Positions 50,025 to 62,522 of a stretch of 64,000 bases of DNA are shown in pieces. The notes under the pieces are model-generated. The model ran no database searches. It was not told the origin of the DNA and was given only the letters and a program-made list of their open reading frames with translations. Source of the stretch: Chiloscyllium plagiosum (taxonomy: Eukaryota); the NCBI RefSeq assembly GCF_004010195.1, contig NC_057749.1, positions 25,472,669 to 25,536,668 of the forward strand. Reading direction: 5' to 3'. The number at the start of each line of letters is the position of its first letter. The stretch's first letter is position 1. Position numbers and translations under genes: made by a program.

Positions 50025-51457
50025 GTGCCATTCTTACAAATGCCACAGAACCAACTACCACCACAGGAACAACAACATCAGAACCAACTACCACCGCAGG
50101 AACAACAGCATCAGAACCAACTACTACCGCAGGAACAACAACACCAGAACCAACGACCACTGCAGGAACAACAGCATCAGAACCAACTACCACCGCAGGA
50201 ACAACAACATCAGAACCAACTACCACCGCAGGGACAACAGCATCAGAACCATCTACCACCGCAGGAACTACAGCATCAGAACCAACTACCACCGCAGGAA
50301 CAACAGCATCAGAACCAACTACCACCGCAGGAACAACAACACCAAAAGCAACTACCACTGCAGGAACAACAGCATCAGAACCAACGACCACCGCAGGAAC
50401 AACAACACCAGAACCAACGACCACCGCAGGAACAACAGCATCAGAACCAACTACCACCGCAGGAACAACAGCATCAGAACTAACTACCACCGCAGGGACA
50501 ACAGCATCGACCACCGCAGGAACAACAACACCTGAACCAACTACCACCGCAGGAACAACAACATCAGAACCAACGACCACCGCAGGAACAACAGCATCTG
50601 AAACAACTACCACCGCAGGAACAACAACATCAGAACCAACGACCACCGCAGGAACAACAACACCTGAACCAACTACCACCGCAGGAACAACAGCATCAGA
50701 ACCAACTACCACCGCAGGGACAACAGCTTCGGAACCAACTACCACCGCAGGAACAACAACATCAGAACCAACTATCACTGCAGGAACAACACCAGAACCA
50801 ACGACCACCGCAGGAACAACAGCATCAGAACCAGCTACCACCGCAGGAACAACAGCAGAACCAACTACCACCGCAGGGACAACAACACCAGAACCAACTA
50901 CCACAGCAGGAACAACACCAGAACCAACTACCACCGCAGGAACAACAACACCAGAAGCAACTACCACCGCAGGAACAACAGCATCAGAACCAACTACCAC
51001 CGCAGGAACAACAACACCAGAACCAACTACCACCGCAGGAACAACAGCATCAGAACCAACTACCACCGCAGGAACAACACCAGAAGCAACTACCACTGCA
51101 GGAACAACAGCATCAGAACCAACGACCACCGCAGGAACAACAACACCAGAACCAACGACTACCGCAGGAACAACAGCATCAGAACCAACTACCACCGCAG
51201 GAACAACAACATCAGAACCAACTACCACAACCACTGGTACAACAACACCAGAACCAACTACCACAACCACTGGTACAACAACTGAAACAACATTCTCAGC
51301 AACTACTTCAATCACAACTCCTCCAACCAGTACAGTGGCACCAGTAACCGTTCCTGTGACTCGTTTGGAGTTCCGATTAGATGAAACGTTTACACCAGGT
51401 TTAAGCAATCCTAATTCTGATGAGTTCAGGAATCTTGCGGTTGATATAGAAGCTACA
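50025..51457 (+). CDS. Mucin-like gene exon 2: PTS (Thr-rich) tandem-repeat domain plus N-terminal third of SEA domain 1
   Basis: Branch-point-like ACTAAT at 49991; acceptor ctgttttcccatag; open frame of EPTTTAGTT(A/T)(S/P) repeats followed by TRLEFRLDETFTPGLSNPNSDEFRNLAVDIEAT (typical SEA start F..L....S.EF..L); donor GTAAGT at 51458 (phase 0). Confidence 0.93.
50048..51285 (+). repeat. Coding minisatellite, 33-bp unit (GAACCAACTACCACCGCAGGAACAACAGCATCA), about 38 units
   Basis: Directly visible; the length variants (24, 30, 36 bp) all keep the frame. Confidence 0.95.
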
Positions 51458-52180
51458 GTAAGTCTTGTTCTTTGAAAACCTCTTTTTATGTTGGCTGTTC
51501 CAATTATGGTCCCTAACACCTACTCAGTATCATAAAAGTTTTAATATATTGTATCTTACCTTTCTCAAATGGAGATTTTCAGCTTGCAAACCTTTGTAGG
51601 TATAGCAAACAAATTTGTTGTATTGCCATGTTTATGCCACTGCCTGTGTCTGCAGAATTTTATCACTCTCCTATGTCCCTGAGTGTGCTGGTTCAATTCA
51701 GCTGCAGAGAATTCTGTGTCCCAGCACATTTCATATATCAGACATTAAAGGCAGCCACTCCTGCCAGTCACGATGGGAAGAGGAGCTTTACCCACTTTGT
51801 GCGGTGGCTGTTTACATTTCATTCACATACATCATTTTTTGTCTTGATATAGGACAGCACAGCACTGCCTTTTTAAAAATTATTGCATAAATATACTTTA
51901 TTCATTAAAAGCTTCAGGTGCATACACAGTTACTGAAGCAGTTCTGTCCAGTCTTTGAACTTGGATAATATTTACGTATATCTGAGAGGGTCTAATAACT
52001 GAATGGATCACTATTGTACTTTGGCAAAAAGATCTTAAATGTCGTTTCTTTTCCCCATTCCCCCTTGCCAACAGCTTCCCCAAGGTTCAGTGCATCCCTC
52101 AGCACATAGTCTGGAGCTTGCAATGTGCCAGTCTGCAACACTCAGTCGAGGGCAACTTTTACATCTGTTTCATAGCATAA

Positions 52181-52877
52181 TAGAATCCCCACAGTATGGA
52201 AACTGGCCCTTCGGCCCAACAAGTCCACACTGACCCTCCGAAGCATAACCCACCCAGACCCATTCCCCTACCCTATACTTACCCCTGACTAGTGCACCTA
52301 ACCCTCACATCTCTGAACACTATGACCAATTTACCTAACCTGCACATCTTTAGATAGTAGAGGGAACACATGCAGACACAGGGAAAATGTGCAAACTCCA
52401 CACAGTCACCCGAGGCTGGAATCGAGCCCAAGTCCCTGGCGCTGTGAGGCAGCAGTGCTGACCACTGAGCCACCATGCTGCCCCATAACCACTGAGCCAC
52501 TGTGCTGCCCCATTGTTTCCATTACTGGATTCCTCCTGGCACACATTGCCAGGCTTAGATTCGATTCTCTACAGTGTGGAAACAGGCCCTTGGGCCCAAC
52601 AAGTTCACACCGCCCCTCCGAAGAGAAACCCACCCAAGCCCATTCCCTGACCCTATATTTACCCCTGACTAACGCACCTAACACTGTGGGCAATTGACTG
52701 TGGCCAATCCACCTGACCTGTACATCTTTGGACTGTGGGAGGAAACCGGAGCACCCGGAGGAAACCCATGCAGACACAGGGAGGATGTGCAAACTTCACA
52801 CAGACAGGCGGGAATCGAACCCAGGATCCTGGTGCTGTGAGGCTACAGTGCTAACCACTGAGCCACCGTGCCACCCA
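52181..52877 (-). mobile_element. Two tandem V-SINEs (about 52181-52510 and 52555-52877) in mucin intron 2
   Basis: Same family features. Confidence 0.85.
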
Positions 52878-54543
52878 GAGCATGCAGCTAGAAATGGTCC
52901 CATTCACAGCCAGTGTGCCTGACCAAGAGAATTGTCCACTACCTTTCTTAAACTCTGTCAGAAGTGTGCTGGGGTGATTGTTAGGTTGACCCACCCTCAT
53001 ATAGATGCTCTTTCTGTAGCCATCAACTCGTGGACTGGGAGACAAAACTGAAGCTTCAGGCTCAGAATCAGGACAGTACACACTGTGCCACATGTGCTCC
53101 CTTTGTCTCAATCACAAGGAAGAGAATGATGTGTGTTTCATCTGGTTCAGCCTCAGTTTGAGGGTCCTGTATGCAGCTGAGCACACCACAGCCCTGAAGT
53201 GATTTTCCAAAGTTCTTCAACAATGTGTCTGAGCTTTAATAAGCAAACTCGCAATATGTTAAACAATCCCTTTTGTATAGCTGATGCTTTGTCACTCATT
53301 AGCTGAAGTGCTGAGATGATCATAAAACACTAATAGTCGCAGAAGCAGTTCAGGCAGCTTCTAAATAATAGCCTTAATTGGTTTTTCATTTCAACTGGAA
53401 TTAACAAGTTCATTACCAGAGAGCTGGGGGTCAGGGAAGTGACAGGGGAAAGAACACAGAGGGAAGAATTTCCAAGCTGTACCACCTCAGTTCCCTCCCA
53501 GATATCAAGTCCAATGTCCTTAAATTTTCCCAGTGGATGTCCTACCATATCAGTCTCTCTTCCCAAAAATCACCTGGCCTGCTGAGTTTTTCCAGCACTT
53601 CTTGTTTCAATTGCCGCTTTTGAGAGGATATAAAATCCCAAACGAATGCTGCTGTTCTGATGGGGGTGCCTGGGGGTCCTCTGGAGACAGCCTGGCAATG
53701 TGTCCCAGGAGGAATCCAGCAATGGAAACAAACATAAGAATTGACCTCAACCGACTGTTGCAGACTGGCACATCCCAAACTCCAGGACTACATGCTGTGG
53801 GACTCACTGAAGCCTGGGGGTCAGCTGTTGGCAAGGGGCAGTGGATAAAAAAAAATCTAAGATCTTTCTGCCAAAATACAATGGTGGTCCATTCAGTTAT
53901 TAGTTTTTTCTGGTATCTGGAGTCTGTGTTAGGGCCATTGTGTTATTCATGGCAGCATCTCTTCCAGGAATGGTCCCTTTGAAGAAGGTTAGCTCTTCTC
54001 TCCTACCAGACTCCGATGAAGGGTTATCGGCTTGAAAGGTTAACTTTACTGCTTTCTTCACAGATGCTGGGTCTTCCCAACACTCTGCTTTTTTTTTAGT
54101 TGTGACTTTTTGATTTCATTATCCAGTGTGACATTGCAATGCAATGTTGTGGAAGTGGTGCACTGTCAGAAGCTCTAGCGAGCAAGATGTTAAACTGCAT
54201 CTGGCCTCCTCATTGACATTAATGGAATGAACCTAAACATTCATTATAGAAAAGGGGAATTCTCCCTGTATTCCCAAACAACTTTTATTGCTCACCTAAG
54301 ACTTAAAAAGTGTAGATTATCTGATCAGCTGAACAATTCCCTCCAAAGTAAAATACCTCCATCGGCACTGCAACATTCGACATGGGTTTTACACTCACGT
54401 TCCCCTGAGTGAAACCGGAGTTTAAAATCTCTGGTTCGCGACTAAAGGTTGAGCGTATTTAAACAGCCATTAAAGCAGTTAATTTTGCTGATTAATTATA
54501 AAACAATTCCAACCAGATCCTAATGTATTTCTTTCCTTTGAAG

Positions 54544-54605
54544 CTCGGGAGAATATACCGAAGAAGGCTGCTTAATTTTATTCGGGCAAGGGTCAACAGT
54601 TTCAG
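54544..54605 (+). CDS. Mucin-like gene exon 3 (SEA1 middle: LGRIYRRRLLNFIRARVNSF-S)
   Basis: Acceptor tttctttcctttgaag; donor AG|GTAGGA; phase 0 to 2; 62 nt; open frame that continues the SEA pattern. Confidence 0.88.
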
Positions 54606-55902
54606 GTAGGAAATGGGCTCAATTTAACAACCTTGGTCATGGTTAATTGATGAATAGTTTTCTTGTCGTGCTATGTATGCATATATAGAGTTCAGTGTTA
54701 GAGCTTGGAACTAAAGTTATGCATGGTTTAATGGGAGAGCATTGAACAGCAAGATTTGGATAAGCATGTCATGCGGAAAAGGGGCCAGTAGGGACCAGAA
54801 TGGTGTAACTGGAACTGGGGACTCTTTCAAGCAACCTGCAGAATTAAACAAGATAAAGCTCGAATTTCTTCAGTTTTGAGATGTGATTGACCAGACATCG
54901 CAGAACTCATAGCAACAACTCAGTTCATTTACCTACAAACTAATGATGGGATTTTGAGAAATAGAGAGCTCACCTGCAGCCACACAGTTAGAAACAGCTG
55001 CTAACAAAAAATTGAGCAGGGAATGTTGGCCTGTGAGAAACTTTGGCCACAAATGAACACAAATTGTGACTGCAGAGACAAAGCTTGTGAATAGAAAGTG
55101 TGTTAATGTCCAACGTTGCAACTTGCTCATTTTAAAATGCACCCTCACATGGATTTTTGATTGCCATGACACAGCTCAGATGGACGCCATTTGGTCCATT
55201 GAGTCAGCTCCAACTCTCCAAAGTGCAATCCCACCCTGTCCTTGTAAACGCACATTTACTATAGTTAACCCACCTAGCCTGCACACCACAGGGCAACATA
55301 GCATGGCCGGTCCACCTAACCTGCATGTCTTTGGAGTATGGAAGGAAACCAGAGCAGATTCAAGGAGAAGATGCAAACATCAGATAGACAGTCACTCATG
55401 GCTGGAATTGAACCCGGATAGCGTGTACTGTGAGGTAGTACTGCCAATGTGCGACCCTGGTGATGTTATACACTTTATTTCTCCTTGAATCTATTAAATA
55501 AAGGATTGTCCAGAAACATAATGTTGAAATGGCAAATTCTCAAAATTGGAAGCTGGGAGTACAAGCAGCAGTAACATAACGTGCAGTGCGCATTACCACT
55601 GTGATCAAAAACCAATTCTTTAATTGCACAGTTTATTAGCCTATTTTACTAATCAACCTTTCCACTATCCTCATTGAACATGCAGGAGATAGATCATATT
55701 TAATTAGAGATACTGCAGGAGAGGGTTGGTTGAAAGATTGATACAAAACAGATAGGCCATTCAAATTCTGACTTGGCCTTGCCTTTTAACGTTCTGCCCT
55801 CTCACGCAACAACACAGTCCCTAAAATACACCAAAATGTGAAATCACAGACTGACGTCAATGAATCTATTAACACGGCATGTCTAATTTATTTCTTTTTC
55901 AG

Positions 55903-56057
55903 TCCGGGATCCATTGCTGTAAACAGCAGCTTGTTTTTTGAAGAAAACACTCAGCCACTATCTCCTTCAGAAACAGTCAAAGTGTTGGCAAACGAAGTGA
56001 ATAATAGCACGAATTTAGGGAACCTTTCAGTCATTCAGGAATCCATCCAGTCTGAAA
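55903..56057 (+). CDS. Mucin-like gene exon 4 (SEA1 C-part: PGSIAVNSSLFFEENTQPLSPSETVKVLANEVNNSTNLGNLSVIQESIQSE)
   Basis: Acceptor tttctttttcag; donor A|GTAAGT; phase 2 to 1; creates F-S-P-G-S-I-A-V, matching the SEA G/S[VI]xV autoproteolysis motif. Confidence 0.92.
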
Positions 56058-56162
56058 GTAAGTATTAGATGTTGTGAAAAATGTATGACATTTTATATTG
56101 TTGGTCTTGCCTCAACTTGTGAAGCTCAATGCCATCTGCATGATCCTTTCCAAGCTGCACGT

Positions 56163-56880
56163 ATAAGAACTAGGAGCAGGAGTAGGCCATCTGGCCCATC
56201 GAGCCTGTTCCGCCATTCAATAAGATCATGGCTGTCTTTCCATAAACACAGCTCCACTGACCCGCCCGCTCATCATAACCCTTAATTTTTTTACTGTTCA
56301 AAAATCTGTCTTTGCCTTAAAAAAATTCAATAAGGAAGCCTCAACTGCTTCACTGGGCAGGGAACTCCACAGATTCACAACCCCTTGGGTGAAGAAGTTC
56401 CTCCTCAACTCAGTCCGAAATCTGCTCCCCCTTATTTTGAGGCTTGCTCCCTAGTTCTAGTTTCACCCACCATTAGAAACAACTCCTTGATTCTATCTCA
56501 TCTATTCCGTTCATCATTTTATGGTTTCTACTCATTTGTCTAAATTCCAATGAGTATAGTCCCAGCCTACTCAATCCTTCCTCATAAGCCAAGCTCTCAA
56601 CTCCAGAATCAATGTAATGAACTTCTTCTACATCCCCTCCAGTGCCAATAGATCCTTTCTCATATCAGGAGACCAAAACTGTACACAGTAGTCCAGGTGT
56701 AGCCTCACCAGCACCCTGTACAGCTGCAGCATAACCTCCCTGCTTTTAAACTCCATCCCTCTCGCAAGGAAGCACAATTTGCTGAATTAATTAGCTGCTG
56801 TACCTGCGAACCATTTTTTTTGTGATTCATGCACAAGGACACCCAGGTCCCTCTGCACAGCAGCACACTGCAATTGTTCA
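56163..56880 (-). mobile_element. CR1 LINE 3' fragment in mucin intron 4
   Basis: Minus strand VQRDLGVLVHESQK and downstream ORF2 motifs. Confidence 0.8.
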
Positions 56881-58322
56881 CTGCCGGACTTGGAAGTATA
56901 TCGCCATTCCTTCAGTGTCACCAGGTCAAAATCATGGCACTCCCTCTCTAACCTTGCTGTGGATGCCTGTACAGCCCACAGACTGCCACAGTTCATGAAG
57001 GGGGGGGGGTCACCTACCATCTTAAAGATGGCTACTTGGGATGGGCAAAGAATACTGATCCCACCAGTGATGCCAACAAGTATAACACAGAATGTGTAGA
57101 GCTGCAATTCTGCGACAGGTCAGGCAATAAGGTGGAGTCTTTCCATATGCTGTAATGATTAGATTCCTGGCAGGAGATTTTCCAACATGCCCACCAATGC
57201 AATCAATGGCTTTCCCTGGAGTTATAAAGGAGAGTGTGAGGAGGTTCATCTGGCCTGTAAACATTGGCATTTAGTGTATGGTAGAATGGCCAATTCCTGC
57301 ATTACCAAAGTAGCCTTCCACAATGTTTAGGTAATATATTACAGTGTCTAATATTTATTTTTCAAAATAAATTGCTAATACAGTGTTAAAATCTCTTCTA
57401 ATTTTATCCCAGCCTGTATTCCAGGAGCGGAGGTTCTATTTGGACAACATTCCATGTATATCAATGCTCTTTCAGTGGTCATCAAAATGGTGGCTTGTAG
57501 GGATTTGTAGCTCTTTTGGCATCTAGCTCCTGGCATTCTGCAGGAATGATGGTTTGATAAATCCTAAACCGCAGCATCCTGTAGTTTAAATGGAAAAGAG
57601 AGACACTTTGGGCTTTCTACTTCTGTTGTTGTCAAGTTAATGTTTAGTGATCAGTTGTTTAGCGGGAATTGGTTAACTCTGTGAATTAATGCACTCAAAT
57701 AGAAAAACTATTCGAAGACATGAGGCTCATATTACAGAAAACCCATGGCAGGTTCTTGCAGTTTGCAGACAAAGCAGACTGTCAAGGCAGAGTTGCAACA
57801 TTGTGTACGCACAGAGCGTGGTGAGCTTACGCATGGTTCACCTCCTTGTTTCACCTTCCCTATCGGGGGTCAGCTGCATCTTATCAAAACCTCATTCTGT
57901 ATTTTGGGACCAGCTCTGTTGCCTTCTCTCTGCTGCACTGTGTCCTCTGGAGCAGAATTTGCTCCAATCACCCAGTCACCTTATTCACCAGCCTGTGCCA
58001 ATCCCCTAACCAAATCCCAACCCACTGGCAGCCATGAAGTTGATGGGAGTGGAAGGGTTGAATTAATAAATGCACACAGCAGAGGGGGGGGGGGGGTCTC
58101 CAAATTGGAGGTTGCATATTGAGGAATCACATGTCACATTGTCTTAGAACCTTCCTGCATTTCAAAATCCGTAGCTGGAAAACTGGAATCTGCAGATTGC
58201 TGTCTACAGATTCCCGATCAGAATTCCCAAAGACTCCGCCTGGAACACAGAAACTGTAATGTTTCATGATCTACACTGTCAGCTGACTGTGTTTTCATAC
58301 TGATTATCTGCTTTTTATTCAG

Positions 58323-58456
58323 GTATCACTGTGAACAATTTGGAGCCAGTTTCTCTGAATATTTTGTTTGTGATAGAAAACGTGACTTTTACTGATTCAC
58401 TCACCAGCAATACTTCCAGTGACTTTACAAGTCTGCGAGATGCAGTCGTCTCCTGG
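58323..58456 (+). CDS. Mucin-like gene exon 5 (SEA2 N-part: ITVNNLEPVSLNILFVIENVTFTDSLTSNTSSDFTSLRDAVVSW)
   Basis: Acceptor ctgctttttattcag; donor TGG|GTATGT; phase 1 to 0; paralogous to the end of exon 2. Confidence 0.9.
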
Positions 58457-58553
58457 GTATGTAGCAACAAATTGTGAATACAATTTGAAAATCTCAAAGA
58501 GCCGAGATTAAGCATACAGTCTTTCTCACTGGGTTTCTCTTTCTGTCAAACAG

Positions 58554-58618
58554 CTCGAAAACGTTCTCAGATCAGGATTTTCCCCAGAGGTGCTGCCTAA
58601 TTCTCGTGTTGTGTTCAG
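58554..58618 (+). CDS. Mucin-like gene exon 6 (SEA2 middle: LENVLRSGFSPEVLPNSRVVF-S)
   Basis: Acceptor tttctctttctgtcaaacag; donor AG|GTATGT; phase 0 to 2; same CTC start and TTCAG end as exon 3. Confidence 0.88.
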
Positions 58619-59514
58619 GTATGTCCACTTTCATCCCGTTTTTATTTCAAGCTTTCGAAGGCTGCCAATGATGTATCTGTCAGTGATTTGTAGCTGTTAG
58701 AGGCTAAAGTTGCAGTGAATATTTCTGCTTCAGTATTCAACGCCCATCGGCAACATAGGAGTCTAAATCACTTCGTCAGGCTCAGTACAATCTCCTGAAG
58801 GTGTTTGAATAAACAAATTCCAGTCAAAGTTGAATAACTGATCTCAGAACTTCCAAATGAGGAATGGAAATCATTCCAGTTGATTGCAGGGTCATAAGAA
58901 GTCATGGTTGGTCTTTCCCTCAGAAGTGTTTCACTCTCCCAGCTTTGTACCCATTGATTCCTCACGGACTATAAGACAGTTTACGCATTCACCTCACCTT
59001 CATGCCTCCACACAGAGCGAACGAACCCACTGCTGCACTGTGGCAAACGGATTTGCCTTAAATGTCGCTCCGTATTGAAAGAACGGAAGAGAGGTTCACA
59101 TTGGATGGAAATTTCCAAAGACCACTAGACGTTAGAATATTGCCCAGTAATGTTTGCCCCTTGAGCTCTCAAGGAGAGACCAGTCTGTGCATTGGTCAGT
59201 CGTCTTGGCGTAATTTTCACTCTTGGCCGTAATGATTGTCAGGATAATGGGGAAACACATGAGCAGTACCGCAAACCCAATTTCTCCCATCTTCCAGTGT
59301 CACCAGGAGGTTAAAATTTGCCCATCTACATGAAGAAAACATTCCTCATTTCATTAATTTTCTTCACAGTTGCTTGAACTAATTGTCCAGCTCTCATGAT
59401 TTATTTTTCAGATCAGTAACCATTCCGCTTTAACGTTGAGCTCTCAATTAGTATTTCCTCCCAAATCAGGTCTCAGATGTTAGCTGAAGCCCTTGATTGC
59501 CGTCCCTTGGTGTT

Positions 59515-59852
59515 AGAGACAATCAGAGTGTTAGATAGGGTGGATAGGGAGTGCCTTTTTCCAAGTATGGTGACGGTGAGCACGAGGGGACATAGTTTTA
59601 AATTGAGGGGTAATAGACATAGGACAGATGTCAGAGGTAGTTTCTTTACTCAGAGAGTAGTAAGGGTATGGAATGCTTTGCCTGCAACGGTAGTAGATTC
59701 GCCAACTTTAAGTACATTTAAGTCATCATTGGACAAGCATATGGACATACATGGAATAGTGTAGGTTAGATGGGCTTCAGATTGGTATGACAGGTCGGTG
59801 CAATATCGAGGGTCGAAGGGCCTGTACTGTGCTGTAATGTTCTATGTTCTAT
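59515..59852 (+). mobile_element. CR1 LINE 3' fragment in mucin intron 6
   Basis: TRGHSFKL...SFFTQRVVRVWNALP; (gttctat)n tail. Confidence 0.85.
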
Positions 59853-60114
59853 ATTTTGGCAAGTAAACCTGGACACCAGCCATCTTTCTAATGAATCAGT
59901 GGCTACTTTGATAGGACAGGGCTGAGCCGATGTCTGACTGAAGCATTCTGTGCAGTCAATGGCATCCCAGCTTTGAATTAATGTTTTACAGACATCTGAA
60001 CCAGGCGCTAACTGAATGAAACATTGTGAATGGGAGAAGGGAGACCAAACGACTTATTGAGCAGGATTCCGCCTAGCAACCAAGCAGCCTATCACGTTTC
60101 TGTTCTTTTTCCAG

Positions 60115-60260
60115 CAATGCTTCCTCAAAGGTAAAGGTGGCTGTACACGTCCAGATCAACACGACCAAAATAGAAGACCGACCATTCCTGCGAGATCTGA
60201 TCATTAATAATGTTAACAGTTCAGGTTTTGATATCATCAGATCCACTGTTCAAGTAAACG
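60115..60260 (+). CDS. Mucin-like gene exon 7 (SEA2 C-part: NASSKVKVAVHVQINTTKIEDRPFLRDLIINNVNSSGFDIIRSTVQVN-G)
   Basis: Acceptor tttctgttctttttccag; donor G|GTGAGT; phase 2 to 1; 146 nt, open. Confidence 0.87.
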
Positions 60261-60377
60261 GTGAGTGCCTGTTAGTGTGAATGTGTCTTGTCTTCATGCC
60301 TAGCATCAAGAAATGACTCAATGTGCTTCATCTGCAAAGACGATAAACTGGCTTGAAGTCCAGGCATTATTGTTCTG

Positions 60378-60842
60378 CAGAGTCAAGATTAAAGTGGTGC
60401 TGGAAAAACACAGCAGGTAGGCAGCATCCGAGGAGCAGGAAAATTGACATTTCAGGCAAAAGTCCTTCACCAGCCCTGCCGAGTTTTCACTACCCCCCAG
60501 ACCTCTCCCTCACTGAGGGCGAATGATCAGTCCTCAGCAAAGGCCTTACCTTCATCCCCTACCGTCCACACATCAACAAATTCAATACGCGTTGTGATAT
60601 CAAACACTTCTTCCGCCGCCTCCAAGCTTACTTTTTTCATCAAGACTCCCACCCACCCTCTGAGGACCCCTTCGCCCACCCCATCCACCTGGATACCCCA
60701 TGCCGGTCTATTACCCGCCCTTGACCTCTCTGTTTTCAACTGTTTCTTGCTCTTTTGATGTTGCCTGACCTGCTGTGCTTTTCCAGCACCACTCTAATCT
60801 AGACTCTGATTCTCTAGCATCTGCCGTCCTCACTTTCTCCTC
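60378..60842 (+). mobile_element. Internally deleted PLE: inverted family-A ends enclosing a 5' ORF fragment
   Basis: Degenerate translation PDLSLTEGE*SVLSKGLTFIPYRPHINKFNTRCDIKHFFRRLQAYFF between inverted arms. Confidence 0.75.
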
Positions 60843-61174
60843 CGTTTATTTGAAAGTACCTTCAAATAAACCTGTTGGACTATAACCTGGCATTGTTTGA
60901 TTTTTAACTTCAGACACCCCAGTCCAGCTCCGGCACCTCCTCATCATGATTGGCATTCACCAGCCATTTAACTCTTCACAGTGTGTACGGTGAACGCCTA
61001 ATCATCAGTCAGGATGATTTCCATGCACACAAATGCTCTTCCTGTTTGTATTGAACAGTTGAACTTTGCAAATAAAGGTGACTATTTTAATATTTGAGAA
61101 AAGTTAAGGACAAGCAGAACTGCCTTGAAGTGTCAATTAATATTTGCATTTCAATATGCCATGGCCTTTTACCG

Positions 61175-61456
61175 TGGTGGCACGGTGGCACAGTGGTTAG
61201 CACTGCTGTCTCACAGCACCAGGGTCTCGGGTTCAATTCCAGCCTCAGGTGAGTGTGTGGAGTTTGCACATTCTCCCCGGTTTCCTCCCACAATCCAAAG
61301 ATGTGCAGGTTAGGTGGACTGGCCATGCTGAATTGCCCATAGTACTAGGTGCATTAGTCAGAGGGAAGTGGGTCTGGGTGGGTTACTCTTCGGAGGGTCA
61401 GTGTGGACTTGTTGGGTCAAGTGGCCTGTTTCCATACTGTCGGGAATCTAATCTAA
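61175..61456 (+). mobile_element. V-SINE (HE1-like) in mucin intron 7
   Basis: Same family features. Confidence 0.85.
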
Positions 61457-62217
61457 TGCAGGCTGCATTCCACTTGGTGGAACAGTGAATGACGAGTGGC
61501 AATGCTGCGACTGGATTGCACTGGAAATGGACGGGAGCAGCCAAAATGTAGCCATTGATTCCTCATGGACTATAAGACACTTTACACATTCACCTCACCT
61601 TCATGCCTCCACACAGAGGAAACAAACCCACTGCTGCACTGTGGCAAACGAATTTGCCTTAAATGTCGCCCTGTATTGAAAGAACCGAAGAGAGGTTCAC
61701 ATTGGATGGAAATTTCCAAGACCACTAGACGTTAGAATATTGCCCAGTAATGTTTGCCCCTTGAGCTCTCACCGAGAGACCAGTCTGTGCGCTGGTCAGT
61801 CATTTTGGCGTAATTTTCACTCTTGGTTGTAATGTTTGTCAGGATAATGGGGAAACGTATGAGCAGTATGGCAAACCCAATTTCTCCCATCTCCCAATTT
61901 TACAAACATCCCAATGGCTGCGCTTAATACATGCGGGAGCAGCAGTGATGGAAGAATTACCTTACTTGTATTCTGAGGAAGCAGAGAAGGATTAAATGTG
62001 GGCTTTATTTGATGAACATCCCAAATTGCCAGATCTTCTTTGCATCCCATATTTTAATCAAAGATCTTCCAGTGTAATCACCCTAGTCCCTGAAGAATGT
62101 CTGGGCTGATCTCTCATTAGAAAGACAGACAAACAGTAGTGAGTTTAACCAGAGGGTCATCACACCTCAGGCAAAGAGCAAGGTTGAGAAAGGGAGTCCT
62201 TCACAATAACCTCAGTC

Positions 62218-62522
62218 TTTTTTTTTATTTCAAAAATATACTTTATCCATAAAATACTTTAATGGTCTGTACAGTTGGACATGCCATACATATGTAAACA
62301 TTCCATTTGTTTGCATACCGAAACAGAGTAATCATTCCTATTTACAGGTCAGTACAATTACATTTTTAGCTGAGGGGTCAGCAGAGCCCAAATGACTGCG
62401 CGGGCCCCCTGTTCTTCTTTAGGCAGGCAGATGTTACACGGTGGTCTTTCCCCGCCGCGCCTTGGCAGCAGCTGCCCCAAGCTTCAGTCCGTCCCTCAAC
62501 ACCTTGGAATGTGCCAGTCTGC
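62218..62522 (-). mobile_element. Tx1-like LINE 3' end with poly-A, inserted in a SINE
   Basis: Minus strand LRDGLKLGAAAAKARRGKTTV*; poly-T at 62218; AACCTCAGTC duplicated at 62208-62217 and 62523-62532. Confidence 0.75.

Noticed and set aside
49999..50535. Gln-rich and Asn/Arg-rich ORFs in the other two + frames
   Set aside because: Alternative frames of the same tandem repeat; they are not phase-compatible with the flanking exons.
49807..51519. 570-aa Val-rich antisense ORF (VVPAVVVGS repeats)
   Set aside because: Shadow of the stop-free mucin repeat; the splice signals, signal peptide and SEA domain all support the + strand Thr-rich frame.
54008..54046. Sense-strand intronic hammerhead as a regulator of the mucin pre-mRNA
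   Set aside because: The core is mutated (CCGATGA), and stem II and the stem III palindrome are broken; very likely inactive.
57413..57480. Possible extra mucin exon after tttatcccag
   Set aside because: No good donor; exon 4 already joins exon 5 in phase and keeps the 3-exon SEA module.
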